A DNA stretch of 64,000 nucleotides from Auanema rhodensis (taxonomy: Eukaryota > Animalia > Nematoda). Under the pieces are notes generated by a model. The model was not told where the DNA came from and searched no databases. It saw nothing but the letters and a program-made list of their open reading frames with translations. Every line of letters starts with the position of its first letter. The first letter of the stretch is position 1. Below are positions 40,101-53,844 of the stretch, in pieces. The position numbers were made by a program, and so were the translations under genes. The stretch covers positions 3,906,001 to 3,970,000 of the forward strand of contig OZ059894.1 of the NCBI GenBank assembly GCA_964057225.1, given 5' to 3'.

Positions 40101-43100
40101 TAGCTTAAAAATGCACCGAGATATCAACTGATATAAGTTCACACTTATATCCTCGATTTTCACCCTGAAGGAATGATTTTTTCGTTGAATAACATTGTCC
40201 ATCGTCTTTGCCATGAAAAAAGGAATCTAAAAACATCTACTTTTTGCTAAATTATTCTGAAATTTTTCGAAAAAATTTTTGTCAAAATGTTTTTGGAAGC
40301 AATGTTGAGTGTACATGGAAACTCAACATACACTAATGCATCATTTTTCAAACGATCATAACTAATTTTTGTATTAAGCGTTTCTCAATGTAGTATAGTG
40401 CATTCGATGCAGATTTTTAAGCTGCGTCGATCTGTGTTATCAGATTTGCGCTAGCTTAAAAATGCACCGAGATATCAACTGATATAAGTTCACACTTATA
40501 TCCTCGATTTTCACCCTGAAGGAATAATTTTTTCGTTGAATAACATTGTCCATCGTCTTTGCCTTGAAAAATGGAATCTAAAAACATCTACTTTTTGCTA
40601 AATTATTTTGAAATTTTTCGAAAAAATTTTTGTCAAAATGTTTTTGGAAGCAATGTTGAGTGTACATGGAAACTCAACATACACTAATGCATCATTTTTC
40701 AAACGATCATAACTAATTTTTGTATCAAGCGTTTCTCAATGTAGTTTAGTGCATTCGATGCGGATTTTTAAGCTGCGTCGATCTGTGTTATCAGATTTGC
40801 GCTAGCTTAAAAATGCACCGAGATATCAACTGATATAAGTTCACACTTATATCCTCGATTTTCACCCTGAAGGAATGATTTTTTCGTTGAATAACATTGT
40901 CCATCGTCTTTGCCATGAAAAAAGGAATCTAAAAACATCTACTTTTTGCTAAATTATTTTGAAATTTTTCGAAAAAATTTTTGTCAAAATGTTTTTGGAA
41001 GCATTGTTGAGTGTACATGGAAACTCAACATACACTAATGCATCATTTTTCAAACGATCATAACTAATTTTTGTATTAAGCGTTTCTCAATGTAGTATAG
41101 TGCATTCGATGCGGATTTTTAAGCTGCGTCGATCTGTGTTATCAGATTTGCGCTAGCTTAAAAATGCACCGAGATATCAACTGATATAAGTTCACACTTA
41201 TATCCTCGATTTTCACCCTGAAGGAATAATTTTTTCGTTGAATAACATTGTCCATCGTCTTTGCCTTGAAAAATGGAATCTAAAAACATCTACTTTTTGC
41301 TAAATTATTTTGAAATTTTTCGAAAAAATTTTTGTCAAAATGTTTTTGGAAGCAATGTTGAGTGTACATGGAAACTCAACATACACTAATGCATCATTTT
41401 TCAAACGATCATAACTAATTTTTGTATCAAGCGTTTCTCAATGTAGTTTAGTGCATTCGATGCGGATTTTTAAGCTGCGTCGATCTGTGTTATCAGATTT
41501 GCGCTAGCTTAAAAATGCACCGAGATATCAACTGATATAAGTTCACACTTATATCCTCGATTTTCACCCTGAAGGAATAATTTTTTCGTTGAATAACATT
41601 GTCCATCGTCTTTGCCTTGAAAAATGGAATCTAAAAACATCTACTTTTTGCTAAATTATTTTGAAATTTTTCGAAAAAATTTTTGTCAAAATGTTTTTGG
41701 AAGCAATGTTGAGTGTACATGGAAACTCAACATACACTAATGCATCATTTTTCAAACGATCATAACTAATTTTTGTATCAAGCGTTTCTCAATGTAGTTT
41801 AGTGCATTCGATGCGGATTTTTAAGCTGCGTCGATCTGTGTTATCAGATTTGCGCTAGCTTAAAAATGCACCGAGATATCAACTGATATAAGTTCACACT
41901 TATATCCTCGATTTTCACCCTGAAGGAATAATTTTTTCGTTGAATAACATTGTCCATCGTCTTTGCCTTGAAAAATGGAATCTAAAAACATCTACTTTTT
42001 GCTAAATTATTTTGAAATTTTTCGAAAAAATTTTTGTCAAAATGTTTTTGGAAGCAATGTTGAGTGTACATGGAAACTCAACATACACTAATGCATCATT
42101 TTTCAAACGATCATAACTAATTTTTGTATCAAGCGTTTCTCAATGTAGTATAGTGCATTCGATGCGGATTTTTAAGCTGCGTCGATCTGTGTTATCAGAT
42201 TTGCGCTAGCTTAAAAATGCACCGAGATATCAACTGATATAAGTTCACACTTATATCCTCGATTTTCACCCTGAAGGAATAATTTTTTCGTTGAATAACA
42301 TTGTCCATCGTCTTTGCCTTGAAAAATGGAATCTAAAAACATCTACTTTTTGCTAAATTATTTTGAAATTTTTCGAAAAAATTTTTGTCAAAATGTTTTT
42401 GGAAGCAATGTTGAGTGTACATGGAAACTCAACATACACTAATGCATCATTTTTCAAACGATCATAACTAATTTTTGTATCAAGCGTTTCTCAATGTAGT
42501 TTAGTGCATTCGATGCGGATTTTTAAGCTGCGTCGATCTGTGTTATCAGATTTGCGCTAGCTTAAAAATGCACCGAGATATCAACTGATATAAGTTCACA
42601 CTTATATCCTCGATTTTCACCCTGAAGGAATAATTTTTTCGTTGAATAACATTGTCCATCGTCTTTGCCTTGAAAAATGGAATCTAAAAACATCTACTTT
42701 TTGCTAAATTATTTTGAAATTTTTCGAAAAAATTTTTGTCAAAATGTTTTTGGAAGCAATGTTGAGTGTACATGGAAACTCAACATACACTAATGCATCA
42801 TTTTTCAAACGATCATAACTAATTTTTGTATCAAGCGTTTCTCAATGTAGTTTAGTGCATTCGATGCGGATTTTTAAGCTGCGTCGATCTGTGTTATCAG
42901 ATTTGCGCTAGCTTAAAAATGCACCGAGATATCAACTGATATAAGTTCACACTTATATCCTCGATTTTCACCCTGAAGGAATAATTTTTTCGTTGAATAA
43001 CATTGTCCATCGTCTTTGCCTTGAAAAATGGAATCTAAAAACATCTACTTTTTGCTAAATTATTTTGAAATTTTTCGAAAAAATTTTTGTCAAAATGTTT

Positions 43101-46100
43101 TTGGAAGCAATGTTGAGTGTACATGGAAACTCAACATACACTAATGCATCATTTTTCAAACGATCATAACTAATTTTTGTATCAAGCGTTTCTCAATGTA
43201 GTTTAGTGCATTCGATGCGGATTTTTAAGCTGCGTCGATCTGTGTTATCAGATTTGCGCTAGCTTAAAAATGCACCGAGATATCAACTGATATAAGTTCA
43301 CACTTATATCCTCGATTTTCACCCTGAAGGAATGATTTTTTCGTTGAATAACATTGTCCATCGTCTTTGCCATGAAAAAAGGAATCTAAAAACATCTACT
43401 TTTTGCTAAATTATTTTGAAATTTTTCGAAAAAATTTTTGTCAAAATGTTTTTGGAAGCAATGTTGAGTGTACATGGAAACTCAACATACACTAATGCAT
43501 CATTTTTCAAACGATCATAACTAATTTTTGTATCAAGCGTTTCTCAATGTAGTTTAGTGCATTCGATGCGGATTTTTAAGCTGCGTCGATCTGTGTTATC
43601 AGATTTGCGCTAGCTTAAAAATGCACCGAGATATCAACTGATATAAGTTCACACTTATATCCTCGATTTTCACCCTGAAGGAATAATTTTTTTTGTTGAA
43701 TAACATTGTCCATCGTCTTTGCCTTGAAAAATGGAATCTAAAAACATCTACTTTTTGCTAAATTATTTTGAAATTTTTCGAAAAAATTTTTGTCAAAATG
43801 TTTTTGGAAGCAATGTTGAGTGTACATGGAAACTCAACATACACTAATGCATCATTTTTCAAACGATCATAACTAATTTTTGTATTAAGCGTTTCTCAAT
43901 GTAGTTTAGTGCATTCGATGCGGATTTTTAAGCTGCGTCGATCTGTGTTATCAGATTTGCGCTAGCTTAAAAATGCACCGAGATATCAACTGATATAAGT
44001 TCACACTTATATCCTCGATTTTCACCCTGAAGGAATAATTTTTTCGTTGAATAACATTGTCCATCGTCTTTGCCTTGAAAAATGGAATCTAAAAACATCT
44101 ACTTTTTGCTAAATTATTTTGAAATTTTTCGAAAAAATTTTTGTCAAAATGTTTTTGGAAGCAATGTTGAGTGTACATGGAAACTCAACATACACTAATG
44201 CATCATTTTTCAAACGATCATAACTAATTTTTGTATCAAGCGTTTCTCAATGTAGTTTAGTGCATTCGATGCGGATTTTTAAGCTGCGTCGATCTGTGTT
44301 ATCAGATTTGCGCTAGCTTAAAAATGCACCGAGATATCAACTGATATAAGTTCACACTTATATCCTCGATTTTCACCCTGAAGGAATAATTTTTTCGTTG
44401 AATAACATTGTCCATCGTCTTTGCCTTGAAAAATGGAATCTAAAAACATCTACTTTTTGCTAAATTATTTTGAAATTTTTCGAAAAAATTTTTGTCAAAA
44501 TGTTTTTGGAAGCAATGTTGAGTGTACATGGAAACTCAACATACACTAATGCATCATTTTTCAAACGATCATAACTAATTTTTGTATCAAGCGTTTCTCA
44601 ATGTAGTTTAGTGCATTCGATGCGGATTTTTAAGCTGCGTCGATCTGTGTTATCAGATTTGCGCTAGCTTAAAAATGCACCGAGATATCAACTGATATAA
44701 GTTCACACTTATATCCTCGATTTTCACCCTGAAGGAATAATTTTTTCGTTGAATAACATTGTCCATCGTCTTTGCCTTGAAAAATGGAATCTAAAAACAT
44801 CTACTTTTTGCTAAATTATTTTGAAATTTTTCGAAAAAATTTTTGTCAAAATGTTTTTGGAAGCAATGTTGAGTGTACATGGAAACTCAACATACACTAA
44901 TGCATCATTTTTCAAACGATCATAACTAATTTTTGTATCAAGCGTTTCTCAATGTAGTTTAGTGCATTCGATGCGGATTTTTAAGCTGCGTCGATCTGTG
45001 TTATCAGATTTGCGCTAGCTTAAAAATGCACCGAGATATCAACTGATATAAGTTCACACTTATATCCTCGATTTTCACCCTGAAGGAATGATTTTTTCGT
45101 TGAATAACATTGTCCATCGTCTTTGCCATGAAAAAAGGAATCTAAAAACATCTACTTTTTGCTAAATTATTTTGAAATTTTTCGAAAAAATTTTTGTCAA
45201 AATGTTTTTGGAAGCATTGTTGAGTGTACATGGAAACTCAACATACACTAATGCATCATTTTTCAAACGATCATAACTAATTTTTGTATTAAGCGTTTCT
45301 CAATGTAGTATAGTGCATTCGATGCGGATTTTTAAGCTGCGTCGATCTGTGTTATCAGATTTGCGCTAGCTTAAAAATGCACCGAGATATCAACTGATAT
45401 AAGTTCACACTTATATCCTCGATTTTCACCCTGAAGGAATAATTTTTTCGTTGAATAACATTGTCCATCGTCTTTGCCTTGAAAAATGGAATCTAAAAAC
45501 ATCTACTTTTTGCTAAATTATTTTTAAATTTTTCGAAAAAATTTTTGTCAAAATGTTTTTGGAAGCAATGTTGAGTGTACATGGAAACTCAACATACACT
45601 AATGCATCATTTTTCAAACGATCATAACTAATTTTTGTATCAAGCGTTTCTCAATGTAGTTTAGTGCATTCGATGCGGATTTTTAAGCTGCGTCGATCTG
45701 TGTTATCAGATTTGCGCTAGCTTAAAAATGCACCGAGATATCAACTGATATAAGTTCACACTTATATCCTCGATTTTCACCCTGAAGGAATAATTTTTTT
45801 TGTTGAATAACATTGTCCATCGTCTTTGCCTTGAAAAATGGAATCTAAAAACATCTACTTTTTGCTAAATTATTTTGAAATTTTTCGAAAAAATTTTTGT
45901 CAAAATGTTTTTGGAAGCAATGTTGAGTGTACATGGAAACTCAACATACACTAATGCATCATTTTTCAAACGATCATAACTAATTTTTGTATCAAGCGTT
46001 TCTCAATGTAGTTTAGTGCATTCGATGCGGATTTTTAAGCTGCGTCGATCTGTGTTATCAGATGTGCGCTAGCTTAAAAATGCACCGAGATATCAACTGA

Positions 46101-49100
46101 TATAAGTTCACACTTATATCCTCGATTTTCACCCTGAAGGAATAATTTTTTCGTTGAATAACATTGTCCATCGTCTTTGCCATGAAAAAAGAAATCTAAA
46201 AACATCTACTTTTCGCTAAATTATTTTGAAATTTTTCGAAAAAATTTTTGTCAAAATGTTTTTGGAAGCAATGTTGAGTGTACATGGAAACTCAATATAC
46301 ACTAATGCATCATTTTTCAAACGATCATAACTAATTTTTGTATCAAGCGTTTCTCAATGTAGTTTAGTGCATTCGATGCGGATTTTTAAGCTGCGTCGAT
46401 CTGTGTTATCAGATTTGCGCTAGCTTAAAAATGCACCGAGATATCAACTGATATAAGTTCACACTTATATCCTCGATTTTCACCCTGAAGGAATAATTTT
46501 TTCGTTGAATAACATTGTCCATCGTCTTTGCCTTGAAAAATGGAATCTAAAAACATCTACTTTTTGCTAAATTATCTTGAAATTTTTCGAAAAAATTTTT
46601 GTCAAAATGTTTTTGGAAGCAATGTTGAGTGTACATGGAAACTCAACATACACTAATGCATCATTTTTCAAACGATCATAACTAATTTTTGTATCAAGCG
46701 TTTCTCAATGTAGTTTAGTGCATTCGATGCGGATTTTTAAGCTGCGTCGATCTGTGTTATCAGATTTGCGCTAGCTTAAAAATGCACCGAGATATCAACT
46801 GATATAAGTTCACACTTATATCCTCGATTTTCACCCTGAAGGAATAATTTTTTCGTTGAATAACATTGTCCATCGTCTTTGCCTTGAAAAATGGAATCTA
46901 AAAACATCTACTTTTTGCTAAATTATTTTGAAATTTTTCGAAAAAATTTTTGTCAAAATGTTTTTGGAAGCAATGTTGAGTGTACATGGAAACTCAACAT
47001 ACACTAATGCATCATTTTTCAAACGATCATAACTAATTTTTGTATCAAGCGTTTCTCAATGTAGTTTAGTGCATTCGATGCGGATTTTTAAGCTGCGTCG
47101 ATCTGTGTTATCAGATTTGCGCTAGCTTAAAAATGCACCGAGATATCAACTGATATAAGTTCACACTTATATCCTCGATTTTCACCCTGAAGGAATGATT
47201 TTTTCGTTGAATAACATTGTCCATCGTCTTTGCCATGAAAAAAGGAATCTAAAAACATCTACTTTTTGCTAAATTATTTTGAAATTTTTCGAAAAAATTT
47301 TTGTCAAAATGTTTTTGGAAGCATTGTTGAGTGTACATGGAAACTCAACATACACTAATGCATCATTTTTCAAACGATCATAACTAATTTTTGTATCAAG
47401 CGTTTCTCAATGTAGTTTAGTGCATTCGATGCGGATTTTTAAGCTGCGTCGATCTGTGTTATCAGATTTGCGCTAGCTTAAAAATGCACCGAGATATCAA
47501 CTGATATAAGTTCACACTTATATCCTCGATTTTCACCCTGAAGGAATGATTTTTTCGTTGAATAACATTGTCCATCGTCTTTGCCATGAAAAAAGGAATC
47601 TAAAAACATCTACTTTTTGCTAAATTATTTTGAAATGTTTCGAAAAAATTTTTGTCAAAATGTTTTTGGAAGCATTGTTGAGTGTACATGGAAACTCAAC
47701 ATACACTAATGCATCATTTTTCAAACGATCATAACTAATTTTTGTATTAAGCGTTTCTCAATGTAGTATAGTGCATTCGATGCGGATTTTTAAGCTGCGT
47801 CGATCTGTGTTATCAGATTTGCGCTAGCTTAAAAATGCACCGAGATATCAACTGATATAAGTTCACACTTATATCCTCGATTTTCACCCTGAAGGAATAA
47901 TTTTTTCGTTGAATAACATTGTCCATCGTCTTTGCCTTGAAAAATGGAATCTAAAAACATCTACTTTTTGCTAAATTATTTTGAAATTTTTCGAAAAAAT
48001 TTTTGTCAAAATGTTTTTGGAAGCATTGTTGAGTGTACATGGAAACTCAACATACACTAATGCATCATTTTTCAAACGATCATAACTAATTTTTGTATTA
48101 AGCGTTTCTCAATGTAGTATAGTGCATTCGATGCGGATTTTTAAGCTGCGTCGATCTGTGTTATCAGATTTGCGCTAGCTTAAAAATGCACCGAGATATC
48201 AACTGATATAAGTTCACACTTATATCCTCGATTTTCACCCTGAAGGAATAATTTTTTCGTTGAATAACATTGTCCATCGTCTTTGCCTTGAAAAATGGAA
48301 TCTAAAAACATCTACTTTTTGCTAAATTATTTTGAAATTTTTCGAAAAAATTTTTGTCAAAATGTTTTTGGAAGCAATGTTGAGTGTACATGGAAACTCA
48401 ACATACACTAATGCATCATTTTTCAAACGATCATAACTAATTTTTGTATCAAGCGTTTCTCAATGTAGTTTAGTGCATTCGATGCGGATTTTTAAGCTGC
48501 GTCGATCTGTGTTATCAGATTTGCGCTAGCTTAAAAATGCACCGAGATATCAACTGATATAAGTTCACACTTATATCCTCGATTTTCACCCTGAAGGAAT
48601 AATTTTTTCATTGAATAACATTGTCCATCGTCTTTGCCTTGAAAAATGGAATCTAAAAACATCTACTTTTTGCTAAATTATTTTGAAATTTTTCGAAAAA
48701 ATTTTTGTCAAAATGTTTTTGGAAGCAATGTTGAGTGTACATGGAAACTCAACATACACTAATGCATCATTTTTCAAACGATCATAACTAATTTTTGTAT
48801 CAAGCGTTTCTCAATGTAGTTTAGTGCATTCGATGCGGATTTTTAAGCTGCGTCGATCTGTGTTATCAGATTTGCGCTAGCTTAAAAATGCACCGAGATA
48901 TCAACTGATATAAGTTCACACTTATATCCTCGATTTTCACCCTGAAGGAATAATTTTTTCGTTGAATAACATTGTCCATCGTCTTTGCCTTGAAAAATGG
49001 AATCTAAAAACATCTACTTTTTGCTAAATTATTTTGAAATTTTTCGAAAAAATTTTTGTCAAAATGTTTTTGGAAGCAATGTTGAGTGTACATGGAAACT

Positions 49101-49630
49101 CAACATACACTAATGCATCATTTTTCAAACGATCATAACTAATTTTTGTATCAAGCGTTTCTCAATGTAGTTTAGTGCATTCGATGCGGATTTTTAAGCT
49201 GCGTCGATCTGTGTTATCAGATTTGCGCTAGCTTAAAAATGCACCGAGATATCAACTGATATAAGTTCACACTTATATCCTCGATTTTCACCCTGAAGGA
49301 ATGATTTTTTCGTTGAATAACATTGTCCATCGTCTTTGCCATGAAAAAAGGAATCTAAAAACATCTACTTTTTGCTAAATTATTTTGAAATTTTTCGAAA
49401 AAATTTTTGTCAAAATGTTTTTGGAAGCATTGTTGAGTGTACATGGAAACTCAACATACACTAATGCATCATTTTTCAAACGATCATAACTAATTTTTGT
49501 ATTAAGCGTTTCTCAATGTAGTATAGTGCATTCGATGCGGATTTTTAAGCTGCGTCGATCTGTGTTATCAGATTTGCGCTAGCTTAAAAATGCACCGAGA
49601 TATCAACTGATATAAGTTCACACTTATATC

Positions 49631-52600
49631 CTCGATTTTCACCCTGAAGGAATAATTTTTTCGTTGAATAACATTGTCCATCGTCTTTGCCTTGAAAAAT
49701 GGAATCTAAAAACATCTACTTTTTGCTAAATTATTTTTAAATTTTTCGAAAAAATTTTTGTCAAAATGTTTTTGGAAGCAATGTTGAGTGTACATGGAAA
49801 CTCAACATACACTAATGCATCATTTTTCAAACGATCATAACTAATTTTTGTATCAAGCGTTTCTCAATGTAGTTTAGTGCATTCGATGCGGATTTTTAAG
49901 CTGCGTCGATCTGTGTTATCAGATTTGCGCTAGCTTAAAAATGCACCGAGATATCAACTGATATAAGTTCACACTTATATCCTCGATTTTCACCCTGAAG
50001 GAATAATTTTTTTTGTTGAATAACATTGTCCATCGTCTTTGCCTTGAAAAATGGAATCTAAAAACATCTACTTTTTGCTAAATTATTTTGAAATTTTTCG
50101 AAAAAATTTTTGTCAAAATGTTTTTGGAAGCAATGTTGAGTGTACATGGAAACTCAACATACACTAATGCATCATTTTTCAAACGATCATAACTAATTTT
50201 TGTATCAAGCGTTTCTCAATGTAGTTTAGTGCATTCGATGCGGATTTTTAAGCTGCGTCGATCTGTGTTATCAGATGTGCGCTAGCTTAAAAATGCACCG
50301 AGATATCAACTGATATAAGTTCACACTTATATCCTCGATTTTCACCCTGAAGGAATAATTTTTTCGTTGAATAACATTGTCCATCGTCTTTGCCATGAAA
50401 AAAGGAATCTAAAAACATCTACTTTTCGCTAAATTATTTTGAAATTTTTCGAAAAAATTTTTGTCAAAATGTTTTTGGAAGCAATGTTGAGTGTACATGG
50501 AAACTCAATATACACTAATGCATCATTTTTCAAACGATCATAACTAATTTTTGTATCAAGCGTTTCTCAATGTAGTTTAGTGCATTCGATGCGGATTTTT
50601 AAGCTGCGTCGATCTGTGTTATCAGATTTGCGCTAGCTTAAAAATGCACCGAGATATCAACTGATATAAGTTCACACTTATATCCTCGATTTTCACCCTG
50701 AAGGAATAATTTTTTCGTTGAATAACATTGTCCATCGTCTTTGCCTTGAAAAATGGAATCTAAAAACATCTACTTTTTGCTAAATTATTTTGAAATTTTT
50801 CGAAAAAATTTTTGTCAAAATGTTTTTGGAAGCAATGTTGAGTGTACATGGAAACTCAACATACACTAATGCATCATTTTTCAAACGATCATAACTAATT
50901 TTTGTATCAAGCGTTTCTCAATGTAGTTTAGTGCATTCGATGCGGATTTTTAAGCTGCGTCGATCTGTGTTATCAGATTTGCGCTAGCTTAAAAATGCAC
51001 CGAGATATCAACTGATATAAGTTCACACTTATATCCTCGATTTTCACCCTGAAGGAATAATTTTTTCGTTGAATAACATTGTCCATCGTCTTTGCCTTGA
51101 AAAATGGAATCTAAAAACATCTACTTTTTGCTAAATTATTTTGAAATTTTTCGAAAAAATTTTTGTCAAAATGTTTTTGGAAGCAATGTTGAGTGTACAT
51201 GGAAACTCAACATACACTAATGCATCATTTTTCAAACGATCATAACTAATTTTTGTATCAAGCGTTTCTCAATGTAGTTTAGTGCATTCGATGCGGATTT
51301 TTAAGCTGCGTCGATCTGTGTTATCAGATTTGCGCTAGCTTAAAAATGCACCGAGATATCAACTGATATAAGTTCACACTTATATCCTCGATTTTCACCC
51401 TGAAGGAATGATTTTTTCGTTGAATAACATTGTCCATCGTCTTTGCCATGAAAAAAGGAATCTAAAAACATCTACTTTTTGCTAAATTATTTTGAAATTT
51501 TTCGAAAAAATTTTTGTCAAAATGTTTTTGGAAGCATTGTTGAGTGTACATGGAAACTCAACATACACTAATGCATCATTTTTCAAACGATCATAACTAA
51601 TTTTTGTATTAAGCGTTTCTCAATGTAGTTTAGTGCATTCGATGCGGATTTTTAAGCTGCGTCGATCTGTGTTATCAGATTTGCGCTAGCTTAAAAATGC
51701 ACCGAGATATCAACTGATATAAGTTCACACTTATATCCTCGATTTTCACCCTGAAGGAATAATTTTTTCGTTGAATAACATTGTCCATCGTCTTTGCCTT
51801 GAAAAATGGAATCTAAAAACATCTACTTTTTGCTAAATTATTTTTAAATTTTTCGAAAAAATTTTTGTCAAAATGTTTTTGGAAGCAATGTTGAGTGTAC
51901 ATGGAAACTCAACATACACTAATGCATCATTTTTCAAACGATCATAACTAATTTTTGTATCAAGCGTTTCTCAATGTAGTTTAGTGCATTCGATGCGGAT
52001 TTTTAAGCTGCGTCGATCTGTGTTATCAGATTTGCGCTAGCTTAAAAATGCACCGAGATATCAACTGATATAAGTTCACACTTATATCCTCGATTTTCAC
52101 CCTGAAGGAATAATTTTTTTTGTTGAATAACATTGTCCATCGTCTTTGCCTTGAAAAATGGAATCTAAAAACATCTACTTTTTGCTAAATTATTTTGAAA
52201 TTTTTCGAAAAAATTTTTGTCAAAATGTTTTTGGAAGCAATGTTGAGTGTACATGGAAACTCAACATACACTAATGCATCATTTTTCAAACGATCATAAC
52301 TAATTTTTGTATCAAGCGTTTCTCAATGTAGTTTAGTGCATTCGATGCGGATTTTTAAGCTGCGTCGATCTGTGTTATCAGATGTGCGCTAGCTTAAAAA
52401 TGCACCGAGATATCAACTGATATAAGTTCACACTTATATCCTCGATTTTCACCCTGAAGGAATAATTTTTTCGTTGAATAACATTGTCCATCGTCTTTGC
52501 CATGAAAAAAGGAATCTAAAAACATCTACTTTTCGCTAAATTATTTTGAAATTTTTCGAAAAAATTTTTGTCAAAATGTTTTTGGAAGCAATGTTGAGTG

Positions 52601-53844
52601 TACATGGAAACTCAATATACACTAATGCATCATTTTTCAAACGATCATAACTAATTTTTGTATCAAGCGTTTCTCAATGTAGTTTAGTGCATTCGATGCG
52701 GATTTTTAAGCTGCGTCGATCTGTGTTATCAGATTTGCGCTAGCTTAAAAATGCACCGAGATATCAACTGATATAAGTTCACACTTATATCCTCGATTTT
52801 CACCCTGAAGGAATAATTTTTTCGTTGAATAACATTGTCCATCGTCTTTGCCTTGAAAAATGGAATCTAAAAACATCTACTTTTTGCTAAATTATTTTGA
52901 AATTTTTCGAAAAAATTTTTGTCAAAATGTTTTTGGAAGCAATGTTGAGTGTACATGGAAACTCAACATACACTAATGCATCATTTTTCAAACGATCATA
53001 ACTAATTTTTGTATCAAGCGTTTCTCAATGTAGTTTAGTGCATTCGATGCGGATTTTTAAGCTGCGTCGATCTGTGTTATCAGATTTGCGCTAGCTTAAA
53101 AATGCACCGAGATATCAACTGATATAAGTTCACACTTATATCCTCGATTTTCACCCTGAAGGAATAATTTTTTCGTTGAATAACATTGTCCATCGTCTTT
53201 GCCTTGAAAAATGGAATCTAAAAACATCTACTTTTTGCTAAATTATTTTGAAATTTTTCGAAAAAATTTTTGTCAAAATGTTTTTGGAAGCAATGTTGAG
53301 TGTACATGGAAACTCAACATACACTAATGCATCATTTTTCAAACGATCATAACTAATTTTTGTATCAAGCGTTTCTCAATGTAGTTTAGTGCATTCGATG
53401 CGGATTTTTAAGCTGCGTCGATCTGTGTTATCAGATTTGCGCTAGCTTAAAAATGCACCGAGATATCAACTGATATAAGTTCACACTTATATCCTCGATT
53501 TTCACCCTGAAGGAATGATTTTTTCGTTGAATAACATTGTCCATCGTCTTTGCCATGAAAAAAGGAATCTAAAAACATCTACTTTTTGCTAAATTATTTT
53601 GAAATTTTTCGAAAAAATTTTTGTCAAAATGTTTTTGGAAGCATTGTTGAGTGTACATGGAAACTCAACATACACTAATGCATCATTTTTCAAACGATCA
53701 TAACTAATTTTTGTATTAAGCGTTTCTCAATGTAGTTTAGTGCATTCGATGCGGATTTTTAAGCTGCGTCGATCTGTGTTATCAGATTTGCGCTAGCTTA
53801 AAAATGCACCGAGATATCAACTGATATAAGTTCACACTTATATC
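49631..53844. repeat. Tandem 6-monomer higher-order repeat (2 x 2107 bp)
   Basis: M143-148 = M149-154: [G108T], [T8 + G295], [T62A/T70A/T94C/C176T], consensus, consensus, [A24G/T62A/T70A/A151T/C224T]. Confidence 0.88.
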
